Shown here piece by piece: positions 23,335 to 36,483 of a stretch of DNA of 64,000 nucleotides. Below the pieces are notes generated by a model. It searched no databases. It saw nothing but the letters and a program-made list of their open reading frames with translations, and had not been told where the DNA came from. The translations under genes and the position numbers were made by a program. The first letter of the stretch is position 1, and the number at the start of each line of letters is the position of its first letter. The DNA is from Heterodontus francisci (Eukaryota), in contig NC_090401.1 in the NCBI RefSeq assembly GCF_036365525.1, positions 53,578,868-53,642,867 on the forward strand, written 5' to 3'.

Positions 23335-25409
23335 CTTCTTCTTCTTCTTTTGGGCCTCCTTATCTCGAGAGACAATGGATACGCGCCTGGAGGTGGTCAG
23401 TGGTTTGTGAAGCAGCGCCTGGAGTGGCTATAAAGGCCAATTCTGGAGTGACAGGCTCTTCCACAGGTGCTGCAGAGAAATTTGTTTGTTGGGGCTGTTG
23501 CACAGTTGGCTCTCCCCTTGCGCCTCTGTCTTTTTTCCTGCCAACTACTAAGTCTCTTCGACTCGCCACAATTTAGCCCTGTCTTTATGGCTGCCCGCCA
23601 GCTCTGGCGAATGCTGGCAACTGACTCCCACGACTTGTGATCAATGTCACACGATTTCATGTCGCGTTTGCAGACGTCTTTATAACGGAGACATGGACGG
23701 CCGGTGGGTCTGATACCAGTGGCGAGCTCGCTGTACAATGTGTCTTTGGGGATCCTGCCATCTTCCATGCGGCTCACATGGCCAAGCCATCTCAAGCGCC
23801 GCTGACTCAGTAGTGTGTATAAGCTGGGGATGTTGGCCGCTTCAAGGACTTCTGTGTTGGAGATATAGTCCTGCCACCTGATGCCAAGTATTCTCCGAAG
23901 GCAGCGAAGATGGAATGAATTGAGACGTCGCTCTTGGCTGGCATACGTTGTCCAGGCCTCGCTGCCGTAGAGCAAGGTACTGAGGACACAGGCCTGATAC
24001 ACTCGGACTTTTGTGTTCCGTGTCAGTGCGCCATTTTCCCACACTCTCTTGGCCAGTCTGAACATAGCAGTGGAAGCCTTACCCATGCGCTTGTTGATTT
24101 CTGCATCTAGAGACAGGTTACTGGTGATAGTTGAGCCTAGGTAGGTGAACTCTTGAACCACTTCCAGAGCGTGGTCGCCAATATTGATGGATGGAGCATT
24201 TCTGACATCCTGCCCCATGATGTTCGTTTTCTTGAGGCTGATGGTTAGGCCAAATTCATTGCAGGCAGACGCAAACCTGTCGATGAGACTCTGCAGGCAT
24301 TCTTCAGTGTGAGATGTTAAAGCAGCATCGTCAGCAAAGAGGAGTTCTCTGATGAGGACTTTCCGTACTTTGGACTTCGCTCTTAGACGGGCAAGGTTGA
24401 ACAACCTGCCCCCTGATCTTGTGTGGAGGAAAATTCCTTCTTCAGAGGATTTGAACGCATGTGAAAGCAGCAGGGAGAAGAAAATCCCAAAAAGTGTGGG
24501 TGCGAGAACACAGCCCTGTTTCACACCACTCAGGATAGGAAAGGGCTCTGATGAGGAGCCACCATGTTGAATTGTGCCTTTCATATTGTCATGGAATGAG
24601 GTGATGATACTTAGTAGCTTTGGTGGACATCCGATCTTTTCTAGTAGTCTGAAGAGACCACGTCTGCTGACGAGGTCAAAGGCTTTGGTGAGATCAATGA
24701 AAGCAATGTAGAGGGGCATCTGTTGTTCACGGCATTTCTCCTGTATCTGACGAAGGGAGAACAGCATGTCAATAGTCGATCTCTCTGCACGAAAGCCACA
24801 CTGTGCCTCAGGGTAGACGCGCTCGGCCAGCTTCTGGAGCCTGTTCAGAGCGACTCGAGCAAAGACTTTCCCCACTATGCTGAGCAGGGAGATTCCACGG
24901 TAGTTGTTGCAGTCACCGCGGTCACCTTTGTTTTTATAGAGGGTGATGATGTTGGCATCGCGCATGTCCTGGGGTACTGCTCCCTCGTCCCAGCACAGGC
25001 ATAGCAGTTCATGTAGTGCTGAGAGTATAGCAGGCTTGGCACTCTTGATTATTTCAGGGGTAATGCTGTCCTTCCCAGGGGCTTTTCCGCTGGCTAGGGA
25101 ATCAATGGCATCACTGAGTTCCGATTTGGTTGGCTGTATGTCCAGCTCATCCATGACTGGTAGAGGCTGGGCTGCATTGAGGGCAGTCTCAGTGACAGCA
25201 TTCTCCCTGGAGTACAGTTCTAGGTAGTGCTCAACCCAGCGGTCCATCTGTTTGCGTTGGTCAGTGATTATGTCCCCCGATTTAGATTTGAGGGGGGTGA
25301 TCTTCTTGATGGTTGGCCCAAGAGCTCTCTTCATGCCATCATACATTCCTCTGATGTTTCCGGTGTCTGAGGCCAGCTGAATATGGCTGCATAGGTGTTG
25401 CCAGTTGCC
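23335..25409 (-). mobile_element. Young 5'-truncated RTE-clade LINE with intact RT and C-terminal zinc finger, antisense in SMPDL3B intron 3
   Basis: Stop-free frame with NYRGISLLS, QCGFR, FIDLTKAFD, GVKQGCVLAP, LLFADD, CSTCGRACHSRIGLYSH; (GAA)n tail; 30-bp TSD at 23305-23334 and 25410-25439. Confidence 0.96.
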
Positions 25410-25534
25410 AATTCTCTTCAGCTTCCCACTGGTTCCTTTACCAAAGTTAAAACCCTCTATTGTGTCTTTTTTTTTTACAAAATCACTGAATTGAGCATCC
25501 ATTTACCTTAACAAGTCTGATGTGGCATGAGAAA

Positions 25535-26140
25535 GCAACATAACAACGACTTTTATTGATTTAGTGCCTTTAACATAATAAAAATGTCCCAAAGCACCTC
25601 ACATTATGAAGCAAAATTAGACCTCAAGCCACATAAGGCAATATTAGGCCAGATGGCCGAAAGCTCAATCAAAGAGGTAGGTTTTAAGGAGCATCTTAAG
25701 GGAAGAAAGAGAGATAGTGAGTTGGAGAGGTTTAGGAAGGGAATTCCAGAGCTTGGGTCGCAGTAGCTGAAGGTGTGGCCACCAATGGTGCAGCCATTAA
25801 AATCGGGGATGCTCAAGAGGCCAGAATTGGATGACTGCAGCTTTCTCAGAGGGTCCTGGGGCTAGAGGAGATTAGAGATAGGGAGGGTCAAGGCCCTGTC
25901 GGGATTTGAAAACAAGAGAATTTTAAAATCAATCAACCTTATCACTTGACCGGGAGCCAGTGTAGATCAATGAGCACAGGAGTGATAGGGGAATCGATTT
26001 TCGTGCAAGTAAGGACACAGGCAGAAGAGCCTGGATGATCAAGTTTATGGAGGGTTGAATGTTGGAGGCCAGCCAGGAGTGCAAAAGCAAGAATGAGGGT
26101 TTCAGCAGCAGATCAGCTGAGTTAGGGGGCAAAGTCAGGC
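25535..26140 (-). mobile_element. L2-clade LINE 3' fragment; relatives near 3890-4070 (+), 15180-15850, 35385-36570 and 62585-63112
   Basis: Shared block ggtcaaagaggtaggttttaaggagc...gaattccagagctt, the antisense of an L2-type RAFS..P.LWNSLP...FK..LKT end. Confidence 0.7.
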
Positions 26141-26514
26141 TATGCTGTTAAAAGCAGCTTGGATTGTTTCACATTGTTCCAGTGGCCTTATAAATGTTCT
26201 CTGATGATTCACGGGGTATCACTGATCCAATATTCATAATGTCCTTGATTAGGCAACTGGTACTTTGTCTGATTTCTAGATAATAAAACATTACTATATA
26301 ATACACGTACAATAATTAGAAAGGACGTATTTCTCTCAGAACTGGTTGAAATGCATAATGAACTTTTTCTATGAATCTTCTTTACAAAGATGTTAATTAC
26401 TGCTTTATAAGCAATATTTCGTCATTGTCAGAAAGATGTAAATTACTGCTTATACATGGTATTTTGTCATAATGAAGAGATCTGTAACTGTAATCAATGA
26501 ATATATCTTCGCAG

Positions 26515-26658
26515 GCACTAAAGTCTACTCTGCGATGGGAAATCATGATTTCCACCCAAAAAATCAGTTTCCTAATAGCTCTCACAGGATTTACAACAAA
26601 ACTGCAGAATTATGGGCACCTTGGATGGACCATCAATCTATCGCTATGTTTAAGAAAG
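26515..26658 (+). CDS. SMPDL3B: SMPDL3B exon 4
   Basis: ttcgcag|GC...AAAG|gtctgg; 144 nt; TKVYSAMGNHDFHPKNQFP...MFKK (GNHD); donor weak but phase fits exon 5. Confidence 0.93.
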
Positions 26659-28290
26659 GTCTGGATGAAGAAAGACAAGCAATCCGCTGTTTATCGATAC
26701 ATAATCTCAGTGCAAATTGTAGCTCTTCTTCTAGCCCATCAAGTTCCTTTTTCAAGTTTTCTTCACTCCTTCCCCAAACGACGATTGCTGCTAGATCGAT
26801 TGATAATTTAAAATCTAAGACTTTTGTTAACCAAAGGCATTAAGGGAAATGGGGCAAAGGCAGGTATATGGTGTTAGGTTGCAGATCATCCAGGCTCTCA
26901 TTGAGTAGCAGAACAGGCTCGAAGGACTAAATGGCCTCCTCCTGTTCCAATGTTCCTATGCACGTTACAGTTAAAATGACCACTCTTTATGTGCGTGTCT
27001 AGACATTGGGAGGAATTTTATGCTCTCCCCCACGGCGAGTTTGGAGGTGGGCAGAGCATATAATCGTGTGGGAAGGTGGTTTGGGGGTTCACCACCACTG
27101 AAATTAAATCCAGGGTGGGAAGGCCATTCACAGGCCGTAGCAGGCCTTTACATTGAGGCCATTTTCAGCACCAGCATCACCACTCCAGATGCTGGTTTGC
27201 ACTTTGTACTTTCCTGGGCTGTATGGCTCACTACCACAGTGGGCCATCAGAGGAGTCCCGGAACGTCACTGGGGACACATTTTTCCCCACTTTCCTTTGC
27301 AACAGGTAGCACAGCATTATCTTAGCACAGGCAAGGAAACATTGATCTTAGACTGTTTTCCATGATGGGTTTTTGAGCTAAAGCCTACTGGATCAGTAGC
27401 TCTTCTTGAGTATGTGGTGGTGATTTTTGACGTGTTATGTTTGTTTGGGACGGTGAATTTTCAAGACTAAGATTGAGTTTGTTAGGTAAGGGTATCGAGG
27501 GATATGGAGGAAAGGTTGGTAAATGGAATTGAGCTACAGATCAGCTGTGAACTAACAATGGTGGAACAAACTCAAAGGGCTGAATAGCTTATCCTGTTCC
27601 TTTGATAGCAATGGAACTGGGAAGGTTAAGGATGACAATAATTGAGGTAAAAGCACCAGGCATGTAAGTAGTAATTCTCTAGATAAGCACCAGTGTTTGT
27701 TTCTTCAGAAACTTGTTTAATTAATCATAGTTACAAGGTTTTTCTTGTAAAATCCTGTTTTCATCCAGTTTGTAACTGATTATAATGCGGACATAGAGTA
27801 AATTGGCTACATAACGCTGGGGTCAGTGTGCATCACTATTTTCTAGTACTTTGACTGTGGTTCTGCTTTTTTGGATATCTTCTGTGTTTTCTCCTAAAGG
27901 GGAAGAATGTTGATGAACAAAAAGCCTCAAAAACATAGCAATTAGATTATTTGCCTCATAGTACTGATAGTCACTGGGGTGCTGGTCCATTGGAATCCAC
28001 CAACCACAGGTAGACTGCTGGGCAGGGAGACTCAAACAATGATCCATTCCCCATCCAGAGGGAATAAATGGCTTTGACTATCTCGGTCCTTCCCATGTAG
28101 TCATCGAGCTGCATTGGTTTTGATCATGGAGAGACATGGGTCACTGGCTTCCAATAAGGGCTATGTAGGGGTGGGGGGAAGAAGGGGGAAAGGGAGGAAA
28201 CCTAAAAACAATAAAAATTGCAAAGGAATAAGGAAGAAATACTCCAGTTTTAAAGGACCCTTTCTTACCGCACCCTGTGATTGCCTTTAG

Positions 28291-28460
28291 GAGCTTTCTA
28301 CACTGAGAAGCTGCTGGGTCGCAGTGATCAGCGAATCATCATTTTAAACACAAACCTGTACTATGCCAGCAATAAGCTTAATATTGAGCTTAGTGATCCT
28401 GCTGGCCAGTTTAAATGGCTTGAAGAGGTTCTTTCAAATGCAGTGACAGCAAAGGAAAAA
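28291..28460 (+). CDS. SMPDL3B: SMPDL3B exon 5
   Basis: ctttag|GA...AAA|gtaagt; 170 nt; AFYTEKL...LNTNLYY...DPAGQFKWLEEVL. Confidence 0.97.
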
Positions 28461-29028
28461 GTAAGTAGTCCCTCTAAATATGTATCCAACATATTATAGA
28501 TCAAAAGAAAAAGTCTATGCTTAGGTCTCCTTCCCTATTAAAGAGACAGACGGGGGTAAACCAAATTTGTTTATAAGGTTTTGTTAGAAATTCTGCCACT
28601 ACGTGGGGAATCTCAGAGGGAATGTTATGGAAAATATTACCCACTTGGTAGCATGGAGAAAGTCAACCTGGAACAATGTTTTCAGATACACCAACACAGC
28701 AAGATAAGAGGGCACAAGTTCAGGGCTATTGTTTTCTGTTCAATCCCAGACAATGAATGTTAGCATGTGGGGAAATCTCTCCATGCAAGTACGCCCATGC
28801 ACGCTGTCCGCAGCGGGGTGTTACCATATAGTAAACAAGAGAAGAAACATTGGCATTTATCCCCTTCTCTAGCCTAGGGATACAGTGGCTGATTATCAGA
28901 GACCAGCAAGGAGGGTTTAATAGCAACAGGAACCAACTTAATGTGTTAAACAATATATGAAGTAATAAGTGTGTTGAGATGTGTATGGGGCCAACTATCT
29001 ATCATCTGTATATTCTCTACGTTAATAG

Positions 29029-29209
29029 GTTTATATTATTGGACATGTGCCACCAGGTTTTTTTGAAAAGAGGAGAGGCATATCTTGGTTTCGACAGCAC
29101 TTCAATATAAGATATGTTGAAATTATCCAAAAGTATCACAGTGTGATAGCTGGCCAGTTCTTTGGACACCACCATACTGACAGCTTCAGGATGTTCTACG
29201 GTGATTCAG
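29029..29209 (+). CDS. SMPDL3B: SMPDL3B exon 6
   Basis: taatag|GTT...G|gtactg; 181 nt; VYIIGHVPPGFFEK...GQFFGHHHTDSFRMFY. Confidence 0.97.
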
Positions 29210-29899
29210 GTACTGAAATGCATCTTTATCTTTATTTTATAATTTTCCCACTTTCAATCTCAATGACGCTGACTCCTGCTGGTAAGAAGGTCCATAGGCA
29301 GTGCTTCATGTGTGAGCTCACTGCATGGGCATTGATGGGTTAGTCAATAGAGTGGAGGGTACAACAGCTGAGTCTGATCCAGGTGTCTGTAAATCCCCAT
29401 TTTCCGCTAGATATTGGATAATGATCAGGAGTATGAACTCGAGCTGATGTTACTTCCTTCCTGACCCAAGGGTCGCCTACTGTTAGGCCAAGGTGAACAA
29501 CCAGAGCACAGCCTGGCCTTTTCTGTTCCGTACAGCTGTGTTGGGTGGTATAATAACTTGCTAAAAGAGATGTGGGGCACATTTTGATCACCGGGAGTGG
29601 AAGTCTCAAGATGACGTACTTTAACTTGTAGAATTCATGGACATTATATCAACAGCCAATAATTACTACCCTGTGTTCAATGGCTGACAGGACAAGGCAG
29701 TAAGACTGAGTGTAATTCCACCAAACCCAGACACTTATAGAATTTTAGAATTATACAGCACAGAAGGAAGCTCTTTGGCCTGTTCTTGTGCACCAGCTCT
29801 CTGAAAAAGCTACCAATTAGTCCCACTTGTTGTCTTTTTCTCATAGCCATTGTATTAATGTGACTCTATACCCCAGGACTATACACTGTCACCCTATAT

Positions 29900-30325
29900 C
29901 CAGATATGGCTCAGTGGATAGAAACCTCGCCTCCGAGTCAGAATGTTCCAAGTTCAAATCCAACTCTGGGCACTTGAGCATAAAAATCTTGGCTGGAACT
30001 CCAGTGCAGTGGTGAGGAAGTGATGTGTTGTCTTTTGGATGAAACATGAAACCAAGGCCCTATTTGCCCTGTCAGGAGGATGTGAAAGATCCCATTGCAC
30101 TATTTTGAAGAAGAGCAGGGGAGTTATCCCCGGTGTCCTGGCCAATATTTATCCCTCAATCAACAAATTATCTGGTCATTATCACATTGCTGTTTGTGGG
30201 AGCTTGCTGTGTATAAATTGGCTGCCGTGTTCTCCTACGTTACAACAGCGACTACACTTCAAAAATACCTCAGTGGCTGTAAAGCACTTTGGGAAGCTGT
30301 GAAATGTGTTACGTGCAATTCTTTC
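29900..30325 (+). mobile_element. SacSINE1/DeuSINE-like SINE
   Basis: tRNA-like head tggctcagtgg...gttcaaatcc; Deu-like core aaagatcccattgcactattttgaag...cccggtgtcctggccaa. Confidence 0.8.
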
Positions 30326-30429
30326 TTTCAGCGCTGTGTAATGTGATTCTGCACAAAAACCTGAACAAAAATGTTGTACAAATATAACAATTTCCCCCAA
30401 TGCTGTCCATATCCAATTAATGAAGACAT

Positions 30430-31230
30430 TGATCATAATATCGTGATGGCACAAATGGAAGTCATTCGGCCATTGTATCTGAGCCAGCTCTCTGCAAGAG
30501 CATATCAGCTACTCCCACTCCCCTGTCCTTTCCCCGTAGCGCTGCAAATTTTTTCTCTTCAGGTGCTTATCCAATTCCCTTTTGAAAGCCCCGATTGAAT
30601 CTGCTTCCACCACACTCTCAGGCAGCACATTCCAGATCCTAACCACTCACTGCATAAAAAGGCTTTCCTTTAGTCCCCTTTGGCTCTTTTGTCAATCTCC
30701 TTTATGTCTGTGTTCTCTTATTCTTGTCTCTTCTGCCAATGGGAACAGTTCTATCAACTCTATATGGATTCCTATGATTTTGAACATCTCTATCAAACCT
30801 CCACTCAACCTTGTCTTCCAGGAGAACAACCCCAGCTTCTCCGATCTAGACACTGAAGTCACTCAATCCTGGAACCATTCTTGTAAATCTTTTCTGTACC
30901 CTCTCTAAAGCCTTCACATCCTTCTTAAAGTGCAATGCCCAGAATTGGACACAATACTCCTGTTGAGGCTGAACCATTTTATAAAGGTTCATCATAACTT
31001 CCTTGCTTTTCTACCCTATGCCTCTATAAAGCCCAGGATCCTGCGTGCCTTTTTAACCACTTCTCAACTTGCCCTGCCACCTACAATGATTTTTGCCCAT
31101 GTACCCCAAGATCTCTCTGCTCCTGCACCCCCTTTAGAATTGCACCCTTTATTTTATATTGTCACTCCCTGTTCTTCCTACCAAAATGTATCACTGCATT
31201 AAGTATTGTCTGCCATGTGTTTGCCATTGA
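30430..31230 (-). mobile_element. Decayed CR1 3' fragment
   Basis: Antisense similarity to the CR1 copy at 21430-21985. Confidence 0.75.
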
Positions 31231-31884
31231 TACACTGATGAAGGGCTCCACTCAAACTGTTCTCTTTTGATTTCAAATGTTAACTCACAAAAGGAAGCAC
31301 TGTATCTCCTGCCGTTCCTGCCCCCACTCCTCTTACTTCTGTCTGCTGCACAAAAGTCTTTTTAAAACTAACACAGACAGTTATTCATCCCAGTCTTTGT
31401 ACTCTATTCTGGCAGGAATCAAACAGACAAACAGATATGCATTTCTACACTTGCATTTGTTCAAAGATCTTTTTCAAGCCCTGTGACCAGCTGAGAGAGT
31501 GACCTGTCCCAAGAGTAGACACTTCTAAGTAGGGGCTGATGCCACATTTGGAATTAGTGCTGCTGCTGGATCCTGACTGCCAGCCATAACGGTTGTTACC
31601 ATTGACACTGAACACTGCTTTGCCCTGGCTGTGTGGCCGGGCTGACTTCTCAGTTTGCCTGTCCAGCCCAGCAATGCTTTCGCATGGCTGACCTGCATGG
31701 ATTTTGTGCAGCAGTCAGAAATAAGGCAGAACCGTACTTCCTTTTGTCAATTAACATTTAAAACCCAATGTGAGTGCTTTAAAGTGTGTTAAATCTTTCT
31801 CATTTGGATATATATAGCAATGGTGGAAATTGTGATCAGCTTTTGTGTAGAAGTGGCTGGGTTTGGTGGAATTACACCTAAGAC

Positions 31885-32320
31885 GGAAAGATTTGCATTT
31901 CTGTAGCCCCTTTCACAATCTCAGGGCATCCCAAAGTGCTTTACAGCCAATGAAGTACCCTTGAAGTGTAGTCACTGTTGTAATGTAGGAAACACAATAT
32001 CCAATTTGCCCACAAGGTCCCACAAACAGCATGTGGTAATGACAGGTACTCTTGTATTTTTAAAGAGAAATATTGCCCTAGACACTGGAAGAACTGCCCT
32101 GCTCATCTTCTAAATAGTGGGGTGGGGCATTTTGCATCCACCTGCGAGAGCAGATGGGCCTTAATTTAACATCTCATCCAAAAGACAGCACCTCTGGCAG
32201 TGCAGCACTCCCTCAGTACTACACTGGCATATCAGTTTAGGGTTATGTGCTTAAGTCTCTCGTGTGAGACTGGAACCCATAGCCTTCTGACTCCGAGGTG
32301 AGAATGCTACCATTGAGTGT
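31885..32320 (-). mobile_element. SacSINE1/DeuSINE-like SINE, inverted relative to 29900-30325
   Basis: Reverse-complement match to that copy; others near 16970-17270 (-), 17310-17610 (+), 49478-49705 (-) and 51440-51840 (+). Confidence 0.8.
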
Positions 32321-33329
32321 ACACACACAGCTTCGTCCAACAGTCAGCCATTGAAAACTAGTTAGTGTTTCTTGGCTGTTGACATAACAGCCATGTTCAG
32401 GGACAGTCCACACCAGCTAACTCCATATTAACAATCTCAAGCATGCTCAGTTGTTTGTGTTATATGACGCTCAGATGATGCCAAGCAACGTAAACTGAAC
32501 AAATTCAAGAGTGCCATACTTAACATATAATAGGCAATCACACTGTAAGAGGGTGAGCAAGGAAAATTCAGTATGGCACATCCTAGTTTCCCTCTTCTTT
32601 GTCAGCCAAAATAAGCCTTCAGTCCATGGCTTCTCTGATTACCCACATGAGCTGACATTCGACCACACTGTGAAACATAATGGGACAATTTTAACTTCAC
32701 TCATTGAGTAGGAAACCAACAGGATCAGGTGCAAATTCATTCTCCATTGAAGTTCTACCTGATCAAGTCAAGTTAAAATCACTTCGGCACCACCCCCCCC
32801 CCCCCCCCCGCCCCCCACATATAGTATGCAGTAGTTTAAATCACTAAGACCATTCTCAAACACTGTCTCAAAGTAACTGTATGTGATGAACAGTAGCTGG
32901 AAGGCAATCTTTGCCAGACTGGGCGACCCTTGCATTGGTGAAGCACATCTGCTTCCTCCCCATCTACTGCGGAGCTCTGTTCAAAGAAGATAAGGTAGGC
33001 TGAGCATATCAGACGAAGGCATTGGAACAGATAAATAGATTTAATACTTCAGACCAAAACTACTTCTTTCCAGTTAGTGATTTTTGTATTGAATTGAGAA
33101 ACCAGCTGTGGGAATGTGTCAGGGTGCTGACCCAACACGGTTCCTCTCTATTTTCCCAGCCCCGCCCCCCCACCACCTCCACTCCCGCCACTACAAAGCC
33201 AGGAAAATTCTACTCAACATTGAAGTGAAAAGCAGAAGTGGAAATCTCTTGTGATGCTTTACCCTGTGACTGACACAAAAAATTGCAATCCTCGCACTTG
33301 ACTCATTCACTTTTTGTCAACTGTCAAAC

Positions 33330-34590
33330 TTTCTAGGAACAAAGGATAACAAAATTTTTACTGAAAGATGTAATAGAAAAACATTTAGAAAACCAAAAAT
33401 ATAACAGTAGTCAACACAGATTTCAAAAGTGAAGGTCATATTTGACTAAACTTATTGAATTCTATGAAGAAACTGAAAGAGGAGACTAGGGTAATGCAGT
33501 AGGTCTAATATAGTTGGATTTTCAAAAAGCCTTCGATAAGCTACTGCAAAGTAGACTCAAGACTAAGGTCAGAGCATGTGGGGTTAGAGGACTGGGAGCA
33601 AAATAGGGAGCAAAATGGATTAGGGGCTAAGGGCAGCTACAAAGACAGGCAAAGGTGGGACCACCATTCACAATTTACATTAACAATTTGGACTTGGAAA
33701 ATGTGAAGTACAATTTCTAAAAATGTAGGCAACTCCAAATTGGGGGTTGTAGTTAATACAAAGGAAGAATGTGTTAAAATAGAAGACATTAATAAACTTG
33801 CAGAATTGACATTTAATTGGCAAAGGATTTTTAATATAGCTAAGTGAGGTCGAATAAGGAGACCACAATACTTGAATAATAAGAATCTGAATGGAATACA
33901 GGAGCAAAGGCAATCTCAAAGTACAGAAACACACCAATAAAAGTAGCGATGCTAATTAATATCTAGAAGGCAAAGCAAGCACTGGTTTCATTTGTAGAGG
34001 GAGAGTATTGGAAAGCAGGGAAGCCATGTTAAACATTTATGGAACCTTGGTTGGACCACACTTTGAGTACTGTGCACAATTCTGGCACTCATGCTGTAAA
34101 AATTAGAAAAGGTGCAAAAAAACATTCAAAAGGCCAATAACAAAACTAAGTTTGTAAGTATCAGAAGGATTGAGCGGGCTGGGGCTCATCTCTCTGGAAA
34201 AATGAAGGCTGAGGGGTGGTCTGTTGGAGGTCTCGAAGATAGTGAAAGGGTTTGATGCTGTAGACATGGAATAAATGTTTCCACTTTGGAGGAGACTAAA
34301 AACAGAGGCCATAAATATAGTCAGTAATAAATCCAATAGGGAATTCAGGAGAAGCTTCTTTACGAAGAGAGTAGTTTGAATGTGGAACTTGCTACCTCAG
34401 GGAGTGGTTGAAGTGAACTCATGCATTTAAAGAGAAGCAAGATAAGCACATGAGGGAGAAAGGAATAGAAGGGTATGCTGAAAGGGTGAGATGAATAGGG
34501 TGGGACGAGGCTCGCGTGGAGCATAAATGCTGACCAGTTGGGTCAAATGGCCTGTTTCTGTACTGTAGGCTCCAAGCAATCCATGTACTT
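33330..34590 (+). mobile_element. Old, heavily decayed CR1 LINE
   Basis: Remnants ttggattttcaaaaagccttcgataag (LDFQKAFDK), accacactttgagtactgtgcaca and a CR1 tail. Confidence 0.75.
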
Positions 34591-35778
34591 TCCTTCTTGA
34601 GAACACATTGCAGAATTGTTCTAGATGTTCTGTAAACTTAATGAATCTCAGTTCCATTTTTGGGTAATCCAGTAATTACACTTGGGGAAGAGGTTCAGAG
34701 CATGACCAATGAGTTCTGATTCCTGTAATTTGCAAAAGATTGTTTATAATTGGGAGGAGATATTTAAACATGAGATTTTTAAATGCTCCATATGAACTGC
34801 AGGCAGGATAACAAACACCTGAACACTCCATGAATCAGTGAGCATTAACAACACTCAAGTGAAATGCTGAAACCATCAGAGCACCGTCGGTTAAGGCAAT
34901 TTTTTTCTTTTTTTTTACGTTGGAGATCTTCTGTCATGGCCTCTGGTTGTCAATGCTGACCTCACCCTCCAAGCATCACCACAGTAAAACTCACTTCTGT
35001 TTCTCAGGCTTATTTTTATTTACCACTGTCTGAACATAGAGATTCAAGTAGCCAGAAGAGCTGATCCTGGTCTCTTCAGTTCCCAAAAAAGCTAAAGTTG
35101 AGAGTCATCCATCTGGGCAAATCCAACTCTAGCTCTGAAAACTTTCCAATATGTATATTTATACCTAACTCACTTTGTATGGGATTTCTAAATGCAGCTT
35201 TGGTGCTCTCGCTAAATTACTGGCTATGTAATGACATATATTTTCATTCCCTCTAATTATCACAGTCTTGAAATCTTTGTTTTAGCAGGCTTTGGGGATT
35301 TTCTTCAGAGTCATTGACCTTCTCAGCATTTTTATTTTTCTTTGCCACATGTACGTTGACGTTTGCCTTGGAATCAGCTTGAACAACCTGCATTTATATA
35401 TTGCCTTTAATTTTTCAATAATCCCAAAGTGCTTTATAGGGAAATGACATGAAGAATGACAGCGTGTCATAGGCAAAGGTTAGGACAGATAACTGAAAAC
35501 TAAGTTGAAAAGGATGAGTGTTGAGAAGGTTTTTAAAGGACAAAGAAATAAAAGTAGAAACACAGAGGGAGTAGAGACGGAGATCCAGAGAGTGGAGCTG
35601 AGGTGACTGAAGACTTTGCTACCAATGGTGGGCCAAAGCTAATTGGGGGAGGGGCAGGGTTATACAGGAGATTACAGCTGGAGAACCAATAGGTGCCATT
35701 GGGGAATGCAGGGCTATAGATGAGGTTACAGAGAAAGGGAGGAGTGAGGCTGTGGAGGGACTCAAAGATGAGGACAAG

Positions 35779-36483
35779 GGGCTGAATTTTATTCTAAAGA
35801 TGCGGGTTCTGGTGGCAGGCCAGAATATGGGGGGAAAACTCACCTCAGCCCTCTGTCAGACTGCAGTTGCAATTTAATGGTGGGCAGGCAATTAACTGCC
35901 TGCCCTTGGGGACTCTGTCCCTTTAAGGGCTGAGTTCTCGCCTCTTAGAGCTGCCAGCCAATGGGAGTATTGGCAACTGCAGCATCGAGGAGAGAGAAGA
36001 CACCAGGAGAGGTGAGTGGGGTCAGGGTCGTCTGGGCCATTCCAGCAGGCCCCAACGATGGGTTGGGGGTGATGTTAGTGAGATTGGGGATGGGTGGGGC
36101 GGGGGGGGGGGGGTAGTGGAGGCAGTGATCATTGCCAGGGTGGCTCTCCGGGGGCCCTGGATTGCCCCCCAAAGGAGGGACCTGGTACTGCTAGGAGGTC
36201 ACCAGGTTTTACCTTGCTGTGTCTCCTTGTGGGGGTGGGCCCCATAGCCTTCAATTAAATTGATGCAGATGTGGGAAGAAGCCCTTAAGTGGCCATTAAA
36301 TTGGTTATTATGGGCCTCAACTGGCTTGGGACAGGAAGGCCGTCCTTGGCCTACCCCACCCTGGACTAAATTGAAAGGTGTCAGGAAGGTGACAGGCACT
36401 CTGCCCCCCTGCCTTCTGAAGCAGTTTTATGGGCCCCTTCGCCTCTGTTCCCATCCCGAGGGGGGGCCTATAAAATTCAGCCC
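35779..36483. mobile_element. Non-autonomous DNA transposon (PIF/Harbinger-like MITE) inserted in an L2 fragment
   Basis: Perfect 14-bp TIR gggctgaattttat / ataaaattcagccc; 3-bp TSD aag; GC-rich body related to 17646-18293 and 40149-40850. Confidence 0.75.

Noticed and set aside
23397-25502. 701-aa ORF as a host gene or domesticated RT
   Set aside because: It is a 5'-truncated RTE ORF with a (GAA)n tail and TSD; the first ~30 codons are flanking DNA read in frame by chance
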